DNA from: a virus
Taxonomy: Duplodnaviria > Caudoviricetes
Direction: 5' to 3' (one strand)
DNA: 59,315 nucleotides
IMG/VR virus record: IMGVR_UViG_3300003888_000077
Location: 1 to 59,315 of that record
Shown: positions 37,838 through 49,100 of the stretch, in pieces
How positions within the stretch are numbered: position 1 is the stretch's first letter
How the letters are laid out: every line of letters begins with the position of its first letter
Notes under the pieces: model-generated
What the model was told of the DNA's origin: nothing
The model's database searches: none
The model's input: only the letters and a program-made list of their open reading frames with translations
Made by a program: the position numbers and the translations under genes

Positions 37838-38284
37838 ATGGACCCAATGCAGGTTGCCTTTTACAAGGGCCGCACCAGACTGTTCAACCGGGCGGTTTCT
37901 TGGTGGCTGCGCGGACCCTACAGCCATTCCGAATTGGTGCTGTGCACTGACCGCGGTGTGTCGTGCTGCGCATCTGCGAGCTTTACCGATGGCGGCGTGC
38001 GGGTGAAGTACATGGAGCTCGACCCGAGCCACTGGGACTTGGTCGACGTGCAGGCGGACATGCAGGCCGCACTGACCTGGATTGATCAGCACAAGGGCCA
38101 GAAATATGACGTGCTGGGCCTATTTGGTTTCATCTGGCGCCGCGTCACCGGCGATAAGCGCGCCTGGTTCTGCAGCGAGGCCGTGGCCTCCATGCTGGGG
38201 TATGCCGAAACCTGGCGCTTCGACCCTATGACCCTGTGGGCAACGCTGGCCCGATCCAACAGCGCGGACGCCGGCGGCGTCTGA
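37838..38284 (+). CDS. Permuted papain-like (NlpC/P60-type) protein
   Basis: YSHSEL, KYDVLG, WFCSE. Confidence 0.75.
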   Translation: MDPMQVAFYKGRTRLFNRAVSWWLRGPYSHSELVLCTDRGVSCCASASFTDGGVRVKYMELDPSHWDLVDVQADMQAALTWIDQHKGQKYDVLGLFGFIWRRVTGDKRAWFCSEAVASMLGYAETWRFDPMTLWATLARSNSADAGGV

Positions 38285-38314
38285 TCACAACCACCAGAGA
38301 GGACCCGAACCAAC

Positions 38315-38668
38315 ATGGGCAACACCAATCAACCCGATCGACGTTCCGGTGATGCCGGTAGTTATAGCGGGCCAGAGCGCAGGCACGACTACTTGAAGTG
38401 GCGGGCCAATGTAGACCGCCGGCTGGAAGAGGGATCGGCCACCATGAAGCAACTCAGCGCCGATATCGCCGAGAACACGGCAACCACCAAACAGGTGCAG
38501 ACCGACACCAGCGAACTGGTTGAGCTGCTACGTTCGTTCAAGGGCGCATTCTCCGTTTTGGAGAAGCTTGGAAAGCTGGCCAAGCCCCTGGGCTACATAG
38601 CCATGGCTGCCAGCGCCATTGTGGGGTTTTGGGCCGCTTTGAAAGGTGGGACTGGGGGTGGCCGATGA
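38315..38668 (+). CDS. Putative holin-like membrane protein
   Basis: C-terminal TM helix; directly before the endolysin. Confidence 0.55.
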   Translation: MGNTNQPDRRSGDAGSYSGPERRHDYLKWRANVDRRLEEGSATMKQLSADIAENTATTKQVQTDTSELVELLRSFKGAFSVLEKLGKLAKPLGYIAMAASAIVGFWAALKGGTGGGR

Positions 38669-39138
38669 ATCTTTCCAAACGAACTGCAGCCGCCATCCTG
38701 GCCACGGCGCTGGCCATCCCGGCCGAAGGCCTGCGCCAGGTGGCCTATCGTGACCCCCCGGGCGTATTGACGGTGTGCTATGGCAGCACCACCGATGTGG
38801 TGCCCGGGAAGGTGTACAGCCTGGGGGAGTGCCGCGCACGTCTGGACGCCGACATGGCCAAGGCGGTGGCGGCGGTGGAAAGCTGCGTGCCGGGCCTGCC
38901 GGATCCCGTGTTGGCGGCATTCGCCGATGCCGCCTACAACCTGGGCGAGCGCATCGCGTGTGACACGACCAGCAGCACGGCGGCGCGCAAGCTGCGAGGG
39001 GGCGACCTGGCCGGGGCCTGCCGCGAGCTTCCCAAGTGGGACAAGGCGCGCGTGGCCGGCGTGCTGGTGGCTCTGCCAGGCCTCACCAAGCGGCGCGCCG
39101 CCGAGCAGGCGCTGTGCCTGACGGGTATCACAGCATGA
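38665..39138 (+). CDS. Endolysin, GH24 lysozyme, probably SAR type
   Basis: EG..AYRD..GVLTVCYGST; YNLG; LPGLTKRRAAE. Confidence 0.92.
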   Translation: MNLSKRTAAAILATALAIPAEGLRQVAYRDPPGVLTVCYGSTTDVVPGKVYSLGECRARLDADMAKAVAAVESCVPGLPDPVLAAFADAAYNLGERIACDTTSSTAARKLRGGDLAGACRELPKWDKARVAGVLVALPGLTKRRAAEQALCLTGITA

Positions 39139-39479
39139 ACCTGACAGCAGCCGCCCTCGTTGTTAGTCTGGCCGCCAACGCAGCCCTGGGCTACGCCTAC
39201 CTTGGCCAGCGTGATGCCGCCGTCGCCGCGGGAGTGAAGACCGAACAGGCAACCGGCGCGGCCGTGGCCTGCAGCAGTGGCGTGGATGACCTGCAAAAGC
39301 AGGCCGCCAGCCGGCACGCTGCCGCTGTCCCCAAGATCGAGGCTGCAAAGGTGGCCGCAGATCTGGGAAACCGCAAGGCCGATGTGATCTTGAGCACGCC
39401 GGCGGCCATCCCTGGTGACGACTGCAAGAGTGCACAGGCCAGAGTGGATACCTGGTGGGAAGCGAGGGAAAAGCGATGA
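39135..39479 (+). CDS. Putative i-spanin
   Basis: N-terminal TM helix, helical body, follows the endolysin. Confidence 0.65.
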   Translation: MNLTAAALVVSLAANAALGYAYLGQRDAAVAAGVKTEQATGAAVACSSGVDDLQKQAASRHAAAVPKIEAAKVAADLGNRKADVILSTPAAIPGDDCKSAQARVDTWWEAREKR

Positions 39480-39781
39480 ATGTGCAAAAAACTGGAATCG
39501 TCAACCCGATTTCTGTGCAAATTTCGCGTTTCGTCAACTTGGCTGTGGCCTCTGCGCTCCTGACTGGTTGCGGCGCCACCCTGCAGACCATCAAGGTTCC
39601 AGTGCCTGTCGAGTGCCGGGAGACGGTACCTGACCGACCTTCCATGCCCACCGAGCAATTCACCAGCAAGCCGACGCTGGATCAATACGTCCAGGCCTCG
39701 CAGGCGGAGATTGACCGGCGCGAGGGGTACGAGCTGCGTCTGGTGGCGGCCCTTGAGGCCTGCACTGCACCCATAAAGTAA
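39476..39781 (+). CDS. Putative o-spanin lipoprotein
   Basis: Lipobox LTGC; VPVPVEC. Confidence 0.72.
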   Translation: MNVQKTGIVNPISVQISRFVNLAVASALLTGCGATLQTIKVPVPVECRETVPDRPSMPTEQFTSKPTLDQYVQASQAEIDRREGYELRLVAALEACTAPIK

Positions 39782-39796
39782 CAGGTGAGGTAGGTA

Positions 39797-42217
39797 ATGG
39801 CCGTCATCGACATCAATTCCGTAGGCGGCATCCTGCCGTCGACAAAGCCTCGGGCGCTTCCGCCTGGCAATGGTCAGGTTGCGCACAACCTGCTACCGGT
39901 GACCATGGAATTCAGGCCATTGCAGACGGATGTGGCCGCCGCAGTTTCAGCGGTGGCAAATCCGAAGACGCTGTATCGCCTTGCGCGCAAGGCTGATGGT
40001 TCATTCAGTACCGATATGTCCACGGGCTGGAAGGTCAGTGAGTTGGAGCTGAATTACGTCAAGGGTGCACTCAACGACGAGCGCACGGAGCGCACCTATT
40101 ACACCTTTGCCGATGGCTCTCAACCGCCTCGCGTGATGAATGTGTTAGGCGAGGACAAGCCCCTGGGCGTCCCAGCCCCTGCAACCGCTCCCACGGGCTC
40201 GGTCGTGGTCAACTACAGCTACTCTCCTGAAGCCAGGGCCGCAGAGCTCGCAAAAGCACGCGACGATGCCGCCCGGATCATCATCGACGGACTGGATACG
40301 GTGTGGCTCGGCATGCCACGCCCAGGAAGCAGCCGGCCGGGCTATGCAGATCGGTACAACAGCGGCGGCCAGGACGAGCTGTCGAACCCAGACTTCGGGA
40401 AAGTGTTTCGTGCGTTTCAGGTTTCAGCCATCGGCTCTTCTACCGTGGTGTCGACCTACTCGCTGATGCCTACGGCCATGGCTACGTTGGCTGTCCAGAA
40501 CACATCGCTCAACGGGTTTTATATCACGGCATCTGGCCCGAACTACGCATTCCCGTGGGCGCCCGCAGATTCACCGCACTACGTCATTCCGGTGCCTGCA
40601 TACGGGCGCGCGCATGACCTTCCAAGTGGCTGGAACAGCACCACATCCAGCACGTCGCTGGTGTCGAAGCTGCGGTCCATCAAGATGCCAGGAGATCCAT
40701 CTAGGCAGCTGATGTCTGACGAAAACATCACAAAATTCCTGGTGTATCTGCAGAGTGTCTCCGGTCCAAACAGTCCCAGGATAAAGCCCCTGATTGAGGC
40801 GCTCAGCTACCAGGTAACGTCTTTTCTGGCCGTGGTGGATGCGGGAACTATCTCAAGCATGGAGTACGCCGTAGCCAAGATTTCGGAGCTGCAGGCCACG
40901 GCCGACTTGGTGGACGCTGAATATGGCAAGGTGGCCGCCGAGTTGCCTGGCATCCTGGAGCAGTGGTTCTACGCCAACGGCCTGGATTCCAGCGTGCCGC
41001 CTGGTGAGGCTCGTATCTTGGAGGATCGTTTCTATATCTGCACCTACGTGACGGCATGGGGCGAGGAGAGCGCGCCAAGTCCCGTCAGCCAGATGGCCGA
41101 GCTGGACCAGAATGATGTGGTGACGGGAAGCCCACCGGCACCTCCGCCAGGGTATGGCATCACCAAGTTCCGGTATTACCGGACGAACACGGGTAACGCC
41201 GGCGCGGCCTTCCAGTTTGTGGACGAGGTGGCGTTCTCACCATCAGATCTCACAGGAGCAACCAAGGCGAAGGTAACCGATAGCAAAAAATCGACAGAGC
41301 TCGGCGAAGTCTGTCCGACGCTGATTTGGGCCATGCCACCACCCAGACTGTCAGGCCTGGTTGGGCTGGCCAATGGCGTTCTGGCAGGCTTCTTCGACAA
41401 CACGTTTTGTCCGAGCGAGAGCTACATCCCGTACGCATTCCCAGTGGAGTACCAGATCACCACGGAATACCCGATCATGGCTCTTGGCGCGTTCGGTCAA
41501 ACAGCTGTCACTTTCCACCGTGGTGGCGTTGACTACATCAGCGGCGCCGACGCGGCCAGCATGTCGCGCGAGAAGAACGTGAGCCTGTTGGCGTGCGTGT
41601 CGCGCCGATCAATCGCCAACTCGTCAGATGCGGTTGGATACGCATCAGCGCTGGGAATCTGTGTGGCCAGCCGATCTGGCGTGCAGCTGCTGACAGAGAA
41701 CCACTTCACACATGAGGACTGGCAGAAGCTCAACCCCAGCACTATCGTCGGTGGATTCCATGAGAACACCTACTTTTTCATGTGCACGCCGACCAGCGGT
41801 CCCCAGGTCTGCTACGCGCTTCACGTGCCGTCTGGGAAGCTGACGACGCTGGATGTGCAGGGGTCTGCCTTCTACGTCGACATCCTCACGGATCGACTGT
41901 ACGTCGCCAATGGGAACAGCATCGTGGCGCTGTTTGCAGGCGCAGGCCACAGGACAGGCCTGTGGCGCAGCAAGATCATCGTGATGCCTTCCCAAGCTGC
42001 GCTGGCGTGGCTCGTGATTGAGAGCGATTTTGAAGCGCCTATAACCGTTCGCTGGTATGGCGATGGCGTGCTGCGCAGCACATCTGTGGTCACGAGTCGG
42101 GCACCCGTTCGGCTTCCGCCAGGCCGATGGTTGGAGCACGTCATCGAAGTTGAATCGGCTGCCCGCTGGAACCGCCTCGTCATGACAAGCAGCACCGCGG
42201 AGCTGCAGGCGATATGA
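39797..42217 (+). CDS. Tail stabilisation / nozzle-like structural protein
   Basis: YVTAWGEESAPS; SESYIPYAFP; beta-propeller-like C-terminal half. Confidence 0.7.
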   Translation: MAVIDINSVGGILPSTKPRALPPGNGQVAHNLLPVTMEFRPLQTDVAAAVSAVANPKTLYRLARKADGSFSTDMSTGWKVSELELNYVKGALNDERTERTYYTFADGSQPPRVMNVLGEDKPLGVPAPATAPTGSVVVNYSYSPEARAAELAKARDDAARIIIDGLDTVWLGMPRPGSSRPGYADRYNSGGQDELSNPDFGKVFRAFQVSAIGSSTVVSTYSLMPTAMATLAVQNTSLNGFYITASGPNYAFPWAPADSPHYVIPVPAYGRAHDLPSGWNSTTSSTSLVSKLRSIKMPGDPSRQLMSDENITKFLVYLQSVSGPNSPRIKPLIEALSYQVTSFLAVVDAGTISSMEYAVAKISELQATADLVDAEYGKVAAELPGILEQWFYANGLDSSVPPGEARILEDRFYICTYVTAWGEESAPSPVSQMAELDQNDVVTGSPPAPPPGYGITKFRYYRTNTGNAGAAFQFVDEVAFSPSDLTGATKAKVTDSKKSTELGEVCPTLIWAMPPPRLSGLVGLANGVLAGFFDNTFCPSESYIPYAFPVEYQITTEYPIMALGAFGQTAVTFHRGGVDYISGADAASMSREKNVSLLACVSRRSIANSSDAVGYASALGICVASRSGVQLLTENHFTHEDWQKLNPSTIVGGFHENTYFFMCTPTSGPQVCYALHVPSGKLTTLDVQGSAFYVDILTDRLYVANGNSIVALFAGAGHRTGLWRSKIIVMPSQAALAWLVIESDFEAPITVRWYGDGVLRSTSVVTSRAPVRLPPGRWLEHVIEVESAARWNRLVMTSSTAELQAI

Positions 42218-42579
42218 GCAATCCGCGCGCCATCAATCAGGTTTTGCAGGGCGCTGTGGCAACGGCCCCGGCAAAGCTGCCAGCTGTGCCCCGGTGCACG
42301 AACACCGACAAGAGCACAGCGGATGCGGTGAATGCACTCAAGGAACGGGTGGAAGTCCGCGAGGGAACGCGGGGAAACCCGTTTGAGCGGGCGGCGCTGT
42401 ACCGCGATCTGGACGATTTGGGGCTGGTGCGCACACGCCAGGCGCCATGCCGAACGGAGGATCTTGCTGGCATCGTTGGCCAGACAAAAGACGGCGAATA
42501 TGTGCTGATCAGCCTGGAGGAGCTTGCCCGTGCCGTTGGCAGCAAGATTTCCAGAACCACCGGGAACAACTTCGCATAG
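42214..42579 (+). CDS. Hypothetical structural protein
   Basis: ALKERVEVREGTRG; ATGA coupling. Confidence 0.7.
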   Translation: MSNPRAINQVLQGAVATAPAKLPAVPRCTNTDKSTADAVNALKERVEVREGTRGNPFERAALYRDLDDLGLVRTRQAPCRTEDLAGIVGQTKDGEYVLISLEELARAVGSKISRTTGNNFA

Positions 42580-42612
42580 CGAGCGTGGCAAGCATGGCAG
42601 CATGCACAGGCC

Positions 42613-43035
42613 ATGCGATGCGAACTTGAATTCGACCCAAACGAGGTGTTGCCCTTCATGCATGCCTTCCTACCTGGATTCGTTCAGGTTGACGGTATGA
42701 GTGCAATTGGCCTGCGCAAAGATGGGGAACTGGTAGCGGCATCGGTGTATGAGGGTTTCAACGGGCACAACGTGTGGGTGCACCTGGCTTCTGTACCGGG
42801 CCGCCACTGGCTCAACCGCACGTTTCTCTACGCCGCGTTTGCCTATGTCTTCGTGCAGCTTGGGTGCGAACGGATCAGTGGTTATGTCGAGGAAAGCAAC
42901 GTGGATGCCAGGCGCTTCGACGAGCACATTGGTTTTCGTGAAGAGGCAAGACTGAAAGGAGCAGCCAAGGATGGCGGCGATGTGATTTTGTACGTGATGT
43001 GGCGGAAGGACTGCAAGTATGTTGATCCCCAGTAA
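42613..43035 (+). CDS. GNAT-like acetyltransferase of the virion module
   Basis: ESNVDARRFDEHIGFREEARL. Confidence 0.8.
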   Translation: MRCELEFDPNEVLPFMHAFLPGFVQVDGMSAIGLRKDGELVAASVYEGFNGHNVWVHLASVPGRHWLNRTFLYAAFAYVFVQLGCERISGYVEESNVDARRFDEHIGFREEARLKGAAKDGGDVILYVMWRKDCKYVDPQ

Positions 43036-43864
43036 GCACAGCGGCTACCAGGCCGGCATCCGCCTGTACCCTGGTGGCAAAGGCGGCAGCTCCGCTCCTC
43101 CGCCGGACCCGGCCCTGATTCAGGCGCAAATCAAGTCCATGGGCATCCAGGACAGCGCCATTCAGCAGATCCTGGACAGTTCCAACGAACTTCTCCCGCT
43201 CCAGAAGCAGCAACTGCAGTTCGGATTGGACTCCGCAAAGACCGCGTACGACCAGTCACAGCAGGACCGGTCCTACATGCTGGCTCGGCGTGGGGTGCTC
43301 ACGCAAATGCAGGACCAGCAGGTAGCCGACGCAAAGTCGTTCAATACCGAGGCCCGTCAGAATGAGCTGGCGGCCCAGGCCGGAGCTGATGCGGAGCAGG
43401 CATTCACTGCTGCGCAGGCCGGAACTGCCCGCAACCTGGCCCGCATGGGGGTGACGCCAGACTCTGGCAAGGCCCTGGCCATGGACAACGAAAACGGCAT
43501 CGCAAAAGCTGCTGCGATTGCCGGCGCCCGCGTGAAGACGCGAGCCCAGGGCCGGATGGAGGGATATTCGCTGACAGACAGGGCTGCCAATGGCCTAGCC
43601 GGCTACCCGTCCATGAGCATGCAGGCGACCGGCAACGGTGCAGGGTACGGTACGAGCGGCATCACCGTGGCCAACGCCGGATTGGCTGGCATGAATTCTG
43701 GATTTACGACCGCCAGTCAGATCGCTGGAAGCATGGGAACCAACGCCTCCAACATGTATGGCGTTCAGGCCAATGCTGCAGCCGCCGATCAGAACAACCG
43801 AAGCCAGGGTTTTGGCGCGCTGCTTGGTGCAGGCGCAACCATTGGCTCTGCATTCATTCTTTGA
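43019..43864 (+). CDS. Putative DNA ejection protein
   Basis: GGKGGSSAPPPDP; Gly/Ala/Gln-rich; hydrophobic C-terminus. Confidence 0.7.
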   Translation: MLIPSKHSGYQAGIRLYPGGKGGSSAPPPDPALIQAQIKSMGIQDSAIQQILDSSNELLPLQKQQLQFGLDSAKTAYDQSQQDRSYMLARRGVLTQMQDQQVADAKSFNTEARQNELAAQAGADAEQAFTAAQAGTARNLARMGVTPDSGKALAMDNENGIAKAAAIAGARVKTRAQGRMEGYSLTDRAANGLAGYPSMSMQATGNGAGYGTSGITVANAGLAGMNSGFTTASQIAGSMGTNASNMYGVQANAAAADQNNRSQGFGALLGAGATIGSAFIL

Positions 43865-43866
43865 CC

Positions 43867-44586
43867 ATGAAAATCGACCTGACTGGATACCGTCGACCGG
43901 CGCTGCAATTCTCTGGCGGCAAGGATTCGCTCGCGCTGCTGTACCTGCTCAAGGACCAGTTGAGCGACATTACCGTCTACTGGCTCAATGCCGGCGACTC
44001 ATTCCCGGAGACGCTGGAGGTTGTTCAGACCGTCCGCGAAATGGTCCCCCACTTTGTCGAAGTTCGATCTGATGTGGCGGCGTGGCGCCAGCGGAACGGA
44101 ACCCCTACCGATCTTCTTCCGTCTAGCGCACATTTAATTGGTGTTGCTTACGGCTTGAGCGATTCCACGCTGACCGGCCGATTTGATTGCTGCTACTACA
44201 ACATCATGGCCCCCATGCACGACCGCATGGTAGCTGACGGCGTGGACCTGGTGATTCGCGGCACCAAGGTTTCAGATACCGGCAAGGTCCCCTATGAAGG
44301 TCCTAGCGAGTTTTATGACGTGCTGCTGCCGATCAAGGATTGGACACACGAGGATGTGTTTTCCTACCTGCGCAACGTGGGCGCGCCCATCAATCGCCTG
44401 TATGAGCACTTCACCGGGCACAGTGCGCCGGAGTGCATGGGATGCACCGCTTGGTGGGGCGACGGGAAGGCTCAGTATTTGAAGGCCAATAGCCCTGAAA
44501 AATACCAGGAATACCGCGTTTCGCTGGAGTCCATTCGCGGCGCGCTGGCATCGCATCTGCAGGCGCTCGACGCCGAACTGAATTAA
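43867..44586 (+). CDS. PAPS/APS-reductase-family (PP-loop) protein
   Basis: FSGGKDS, DCC, PIKDWT, ECMGCT. Confidence 0.88.
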   Translation: MKIDLTGYRRPALQFSGGKDSLALLYLLKDQLSDITVYWLNAGDSFPETLEVVQTVREMVPHFVEVRSDVAAWRQRNGTPTDLLPSSAHLIGVAYGLSDSTLTGRFDCCYYNIMAPMHDRMVADGVDLVIRGTKVSDTGKVPYEGPSEFYDVLLPIKDWTHEDVFSYLRNVGAPINRLYEHFTGHSAPECMGCTAWWGDGKAQYLKANSPEKYQEYRVSLESIRGALASHLQALDAELN

Positions 44587-44596
44587 GGAGGCCGCT

Positions 44597-46156
44597 ATGG
44601 GCTGGGCATCAGGGTTTGAGAGCGGTGTGAATTCGGCGAGCAAGCTGATTCAGATTTACCAGGCCGCCAAGCAGCAGCAAGAGCTCAGTGGCATCGCTGA
44701 CGCGAAGCCGGAGAACAGCACTGGGTTCACTGCGCAGCAGGGCTCAGACCTGCAGGCCGCAGCTGACTCTGGTCAGTACGATATTGGCTTCGACGAGGGC
44801 AAGGGCGCCTATACCGTGACGCCCAAATCCGACCCATCGCAAGTTGGCGTCATCGCGAAGCAGGGGGTAACAGACTTCCTGGGGAACCGCACGACAACCA
44901 TGGACCCGGCGCAGGTGGACTCCGCCCGACAGCGGGCCATGGCCGGCGTGCTGATGAAGACTGACCCCGTGACCGGTATCAGGCTGATGCGCGAGGCCAA
45001 GCTGGATGACCAGAACGAGCAGCGTTTTGCCTGGGACAAGTCGCGCAATGAGCGCGAAATTCGGCAGGGAGATCAGGCCGAAAAGGACCAGGGCATCATC
45101 CGCGACGTGGACCAGCAGACTGCAGACTGGTTCAAGAATCGACTGACCGGGGATGACGGCAAGCAGCGCGCGGCCACGGTCGATGATCACCTGGCCGCCA
45201 GCCAGTTCCGGGCAGGGAAGCTGACCGAGGCCGGCAAGGTTCAAGAGGCAGGCAAAGTCATTGCCGACCACAATGCTCAAGCCCTGGTCAAGATCCAGCT
45301 CGACAGCGCCCAACGCGATCAGGACCTGGCGAAGACGGCAGCCGCCCTCAATGCCGGCGACCTCGGCGCCGTCAAGGATTTCTACAACAAGTATGTGCCT
45401 GATGGCGCCCGAGTGACCAATGTGACGCGTGACGCCACCGGGCACATCAACATTGAGCGCGAAACCATGGATGGGCGCAAGATGCCGCCCACCGTCATGA
45501 AGGACACAGGCCAGATGGTGTCAGCTCTGGCCTCGTTCAAGGATCCCATGGCGCTCTACAACTGGAGCCAGAACGAGTTTCGCAATAACCTGGCCCTGCG
45601 TGCAGACTCTCGGGCTGGGGCGGCAGAGGGCCGGGCTCAGGCCGAATTCGATTCCAAGGGCAGCGTGCGTGATGCCGCCGAGGCGGAGGCCGATTTGCGG
45701 CTCAAGATCGCCAATGCCGACGATTCGACGCCGGAAGGCAAGGCGGAGATTCAGCGAACCCAGGCGAAGCTGCTGGCGCTGAAAACCGGTATGCGCGGAG
45801 CAATGGCCGGCCATGATCCGGCCGACATCGTGAAGGCGCGCACGCTGGTCGCGCAGGGTGTGTACCCGAGCGAGGGGGAGGCTCTGGATGCGCTGGTGAG
45901 CAAGCCGGACAAGCTGTATCAGACCTACAAAGATGCAGCCATGAAAACGACCATGAACGCGGATGCGTCTATTGAGTCGGCCAAGAAGATGATGGCCGAT
46001 GACGGATGGGTGCGAAGTTCAAGCGGAACGTGGAAGCGCGCCGGCGGCGCGACATCGAAGATTGAGTCCGATCCAAAGGCATTGGCAATTCGTGATGATA
46101 AAACGCTTTCCCTCGATCAAAAAAGGGCAAAGCTTAAGGAGCTTGGGTATCAGTAA
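44597..46156 (+). CDS. Putative DNA ejection protein
   Basis: MGWASGF start, helical; AAGGAGG RBS; position. Confidence 0.65.
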   Translation: MGWASGFESGVNSASKLIQIYQAAKQQQELSGIADAKPENSTGFTAQQGSDLQAAADSGQYDIGFDEGKGAYTVTPKSDPSQVGVIAKQGVTDFLGNRTTTMDPAQVDSARQRAMAGVLMKTDPVTGIRLMREAKLDDQNEQRFAWDKSRNEREIRQGDQAEKDQGIIRDVDQQTADWFKNRLTGDDGKQRAATVDDHLAASQFRAGKLTEAGKVQEAGKVIADHNAQALVKIQLDSAQRDQDLAKTAAALNAGDLGAVKDFYNKYVPDGARVTNVTRDATGHINIERETMDGRKMPPTVMKDTGQMVSALASFKDPMALYNWSQNEFRNNLALRADSRAGAAEGRAQAEFDSKGSVRDAAEAEADLRLKIANADDSTPEGKAEIQRTQAKLLALKTGMRGAMAGHDPADIVKARTLVAQGVYPSEGEALDALVSKPDKLYQTYKDAAMKTTMNADASIESAKKMMADDGWVRSSSGTWKRAGGATSKIESDPKALAIRDDKTLSLDQKRAKLKELGYQ

Positions 46157-46196
46157 TCCGTAGCAAGCATGGCACTCTGCAGCCCATCTTTTACAG

Positions 46197-49100
46197 ATGG
46201 GCGTGCCAATGAGCCAAATTGATGACTTTCTCTCAGGCCATACGTCGAGTAACCAATCCACCACTGGCGGTATCGACGAATTTTTAGGTGTTGCGCCCGG
46301 TGAAAAAAATGATGGCCACAGTGCTGCGCAAACAGTAAAGAGCCTTGGACTTGCAGTAGTTGCTGGCCCCGGTGAGGGTGTCGCACGGACTGAGGCCGGC
46401 GTGGGGCAATTTGTCCAAGCTCCTGCCGCGAACACGCTGGCTGGAGTGATGGGTGCACGCGCTGTCATCGACCGAGGCCTGTCCTGGTTGATCGATAAAT
46501 CTGGTGGCGACGGCACCATGAATACCGAGCAGCAGGAAGCCGCACAAACTGCGTCTAGATATGCAGATCGCCAGCGCAATGAGAACGTACGGGAGGCAAA
46601 CAGCTGGGGTGGAAAGGGCGGCCCGGTTGCGGCCGTCGTAAAGCTCGGCAAGGCCATGCAGGACGATGGGCGCGAGCGCGTGGCGTCCATCCAGCAGTTC
46701 AACCAGGAAAACAACCCTGAACTCGTCCGCCAGCAACAGGCGCAGCAGGATGCCCAGGGCTTTCTGGGGAATCTCAAGGCCATGGCCGACAACCCCATTG
46801 CCTTCGCGCACACCATGGCCCAGAGCATGCCGGACATGGCCGCCGGCGCTGGTGTGGCCAAGTTGCTGGCGGTTCGTGGCCTGGCAGGTGCTGCAGCAGC
46901 AGGCGAGGAGGCTGCCGCAGCGGTGCGCGCGGCCGGCGGCGATGCTGTGGCCCAGGCCAATGCCGCCAAGGCGGCCATCGAAACGGTTCAGGCCAAAGCC
47001 GTTGGATCGGCGAGCACCGGTGGCGCCCTGTCCGAGGCCGCATCGTCTTCCTATGCTGCACGCGAGGGGACCTACCAGCAGGTCCTGCAGATGCCGGTCG
47101 ACAAGTTGCAAGAGGGTTCTGAGCGATATCGCCAGATCCTGGCAGAGGTGCGCGACCCAGAGAAGGCCCGGGAAATCCTGGCCAACGAGCTGGCAGACCA
47201 GACGCCGGTGCTTACCGGGATCGGCACAGCAGCTGGAACGCTGGCAACCAACAAGCTGTTCAAAGGCGATGCCACGGCCAACACCATCGCCGGCGTGGAA
47301 AAGCTCACACCCAAGGTGGTTGGAAAAGACATCCTGCAGGAAGGAGTCGAGGAGGTGCTGCAGGGCATTCCCGAGGACACCGTAGCCCATGGCGCCCTGG
47401 TGCAGGCGGATCCCAAGCACCAGCTCGACATCGGGGGCAGCATCGCCCAGAACTTCGCCGCTGGCGCCGCCATGGGCGCTGGTGGTCATGGCATGGCCTA
47501 CGCGCACCAGGTCGTGCAGGACCGAAAGGCTGGTGGGCAGCCTGTCGCCGGGGGGGGTGAAGGCGGCCAAACGGCATCGCCTGTTGTCCCGGTTGGAACT
47601 CAGCAAAATAGCTCTCCAGCCCTCGTGGAATCTGCGCAGACAGCTACCAATTCTGTAGCAAAGGAAGAGCCAACAGCCGCTGAAAAAGCGCTCAAGACGC
47701 TGGTGGGCGATACCGGCCTTGATCGCGTCGGCGATATCGACAAGCGCGTGACCGAGATTGGCGAGCGATTGGAAGAGCTCAACGACGCCAAGAATGGCTA
47801 TGGGCCCATGTTCGACCAGGAGCGCCAGGAACTGGCAGCCCAGCGCACCGAGTTGCAGCAGGAGCGCCAGGAACTGGCCAAGAGCTGGCCAAAGGCCATC
47901 GAGGGAGCCCGAGCCAGCTTCACTACAGAAGCCGGCGCCAGGATCGACGCCAGGTATGCGCTGATGGATGCCGCCGACCTGGTGACATCGCACAGCGAGA
48001 GCCTGCGCCAAAACCCCAACTATCCCCAGGAACTGCAGCCGCGAGCCCGTGACCGCGCTGCATCTGAAATGCAGGTGTCTGGCATCGTGCAAAAGCTGGA
48101 CCCGGCCCGCCTGGGCCTGTCCGCCGATGCCGCAACCGGCGCGCCCATCGTCGGTGCAGATGGCCTGGTCGAGTCTGGAAACGCTCGCACCATCGCGCTG
48201 AAACGCATCTACCAGGCCAGCGGCCAGAAGGCAGAGGACTACAAGCAGTTCCTGCGCGCCAACGCCGCCCAGTTCGGTATCACGCCGGAGTCCGTCGACA
48301 GCTTGCAGAAGCCGGTGCTGGTCCGGGTGCGCACTACACCGGTGAACCGTGCCGAGTTCGCGCGCCAGGCCAATGCCTCAACGGTGGCCCAGATGTCGCC
48401 TAGCGAGCAGGCCAAATCTGACGCCAATCGGATCGACTCCATGGAGGACCTGTCACCCGACGATAACGGGGACTTCTCCAATGCGGCATCGCGACCCTTC
48501 GTCCAACGGTTCATGGCGCGCCTGCCAGCCACCGAGCAGGCCGGAATGATCGACGCCAACGGCAATCTGTCGACGGCCGGCTACGCGCGCGTTCGTAACG
48601 CGGTGATGGCCAAGGCCTACGGTGATTCGCCGGTGCTCTCCCGCATGACCGAGAGCATGGATGACAACCTGCGCAATGTGAGCCGTGCCCTGATGCTAGC
48701 GGCCCCCAAGGTTGCCCAGATGCGGGAGGCTGTTGGTGCCGGTAGCCGATTCGATGCAGACATCACGCCCGACCTGATGGCTGCCGTGGAGGAGTTGTCA
48801 CGGCTCAAGGAAGCTGGGACATCCGTCCAGGATGCGCTGGCCCAGGCCGGCATGTTTGGTGACGAGACGCCACCCGAAGTGCGGGCCCTGCTGGTGTTCC
48901 TGGCCGACAACCTGCGCCGGCCGCGCCGGATCGCCGACTTCATCATGGCCTACATGGATGCGCTGGAGGCAGCTGGCGACCCGCACCAGGGGTCGCTGCT
49001 CGGTGAAGTGGAAGCGCCCACCAAGGGCGAACTACTCAAATCGGCTGAAAGGAGCCAACAAAATGCTGATGGACAAGGTAACGGACTCGCCACGCCTGCC

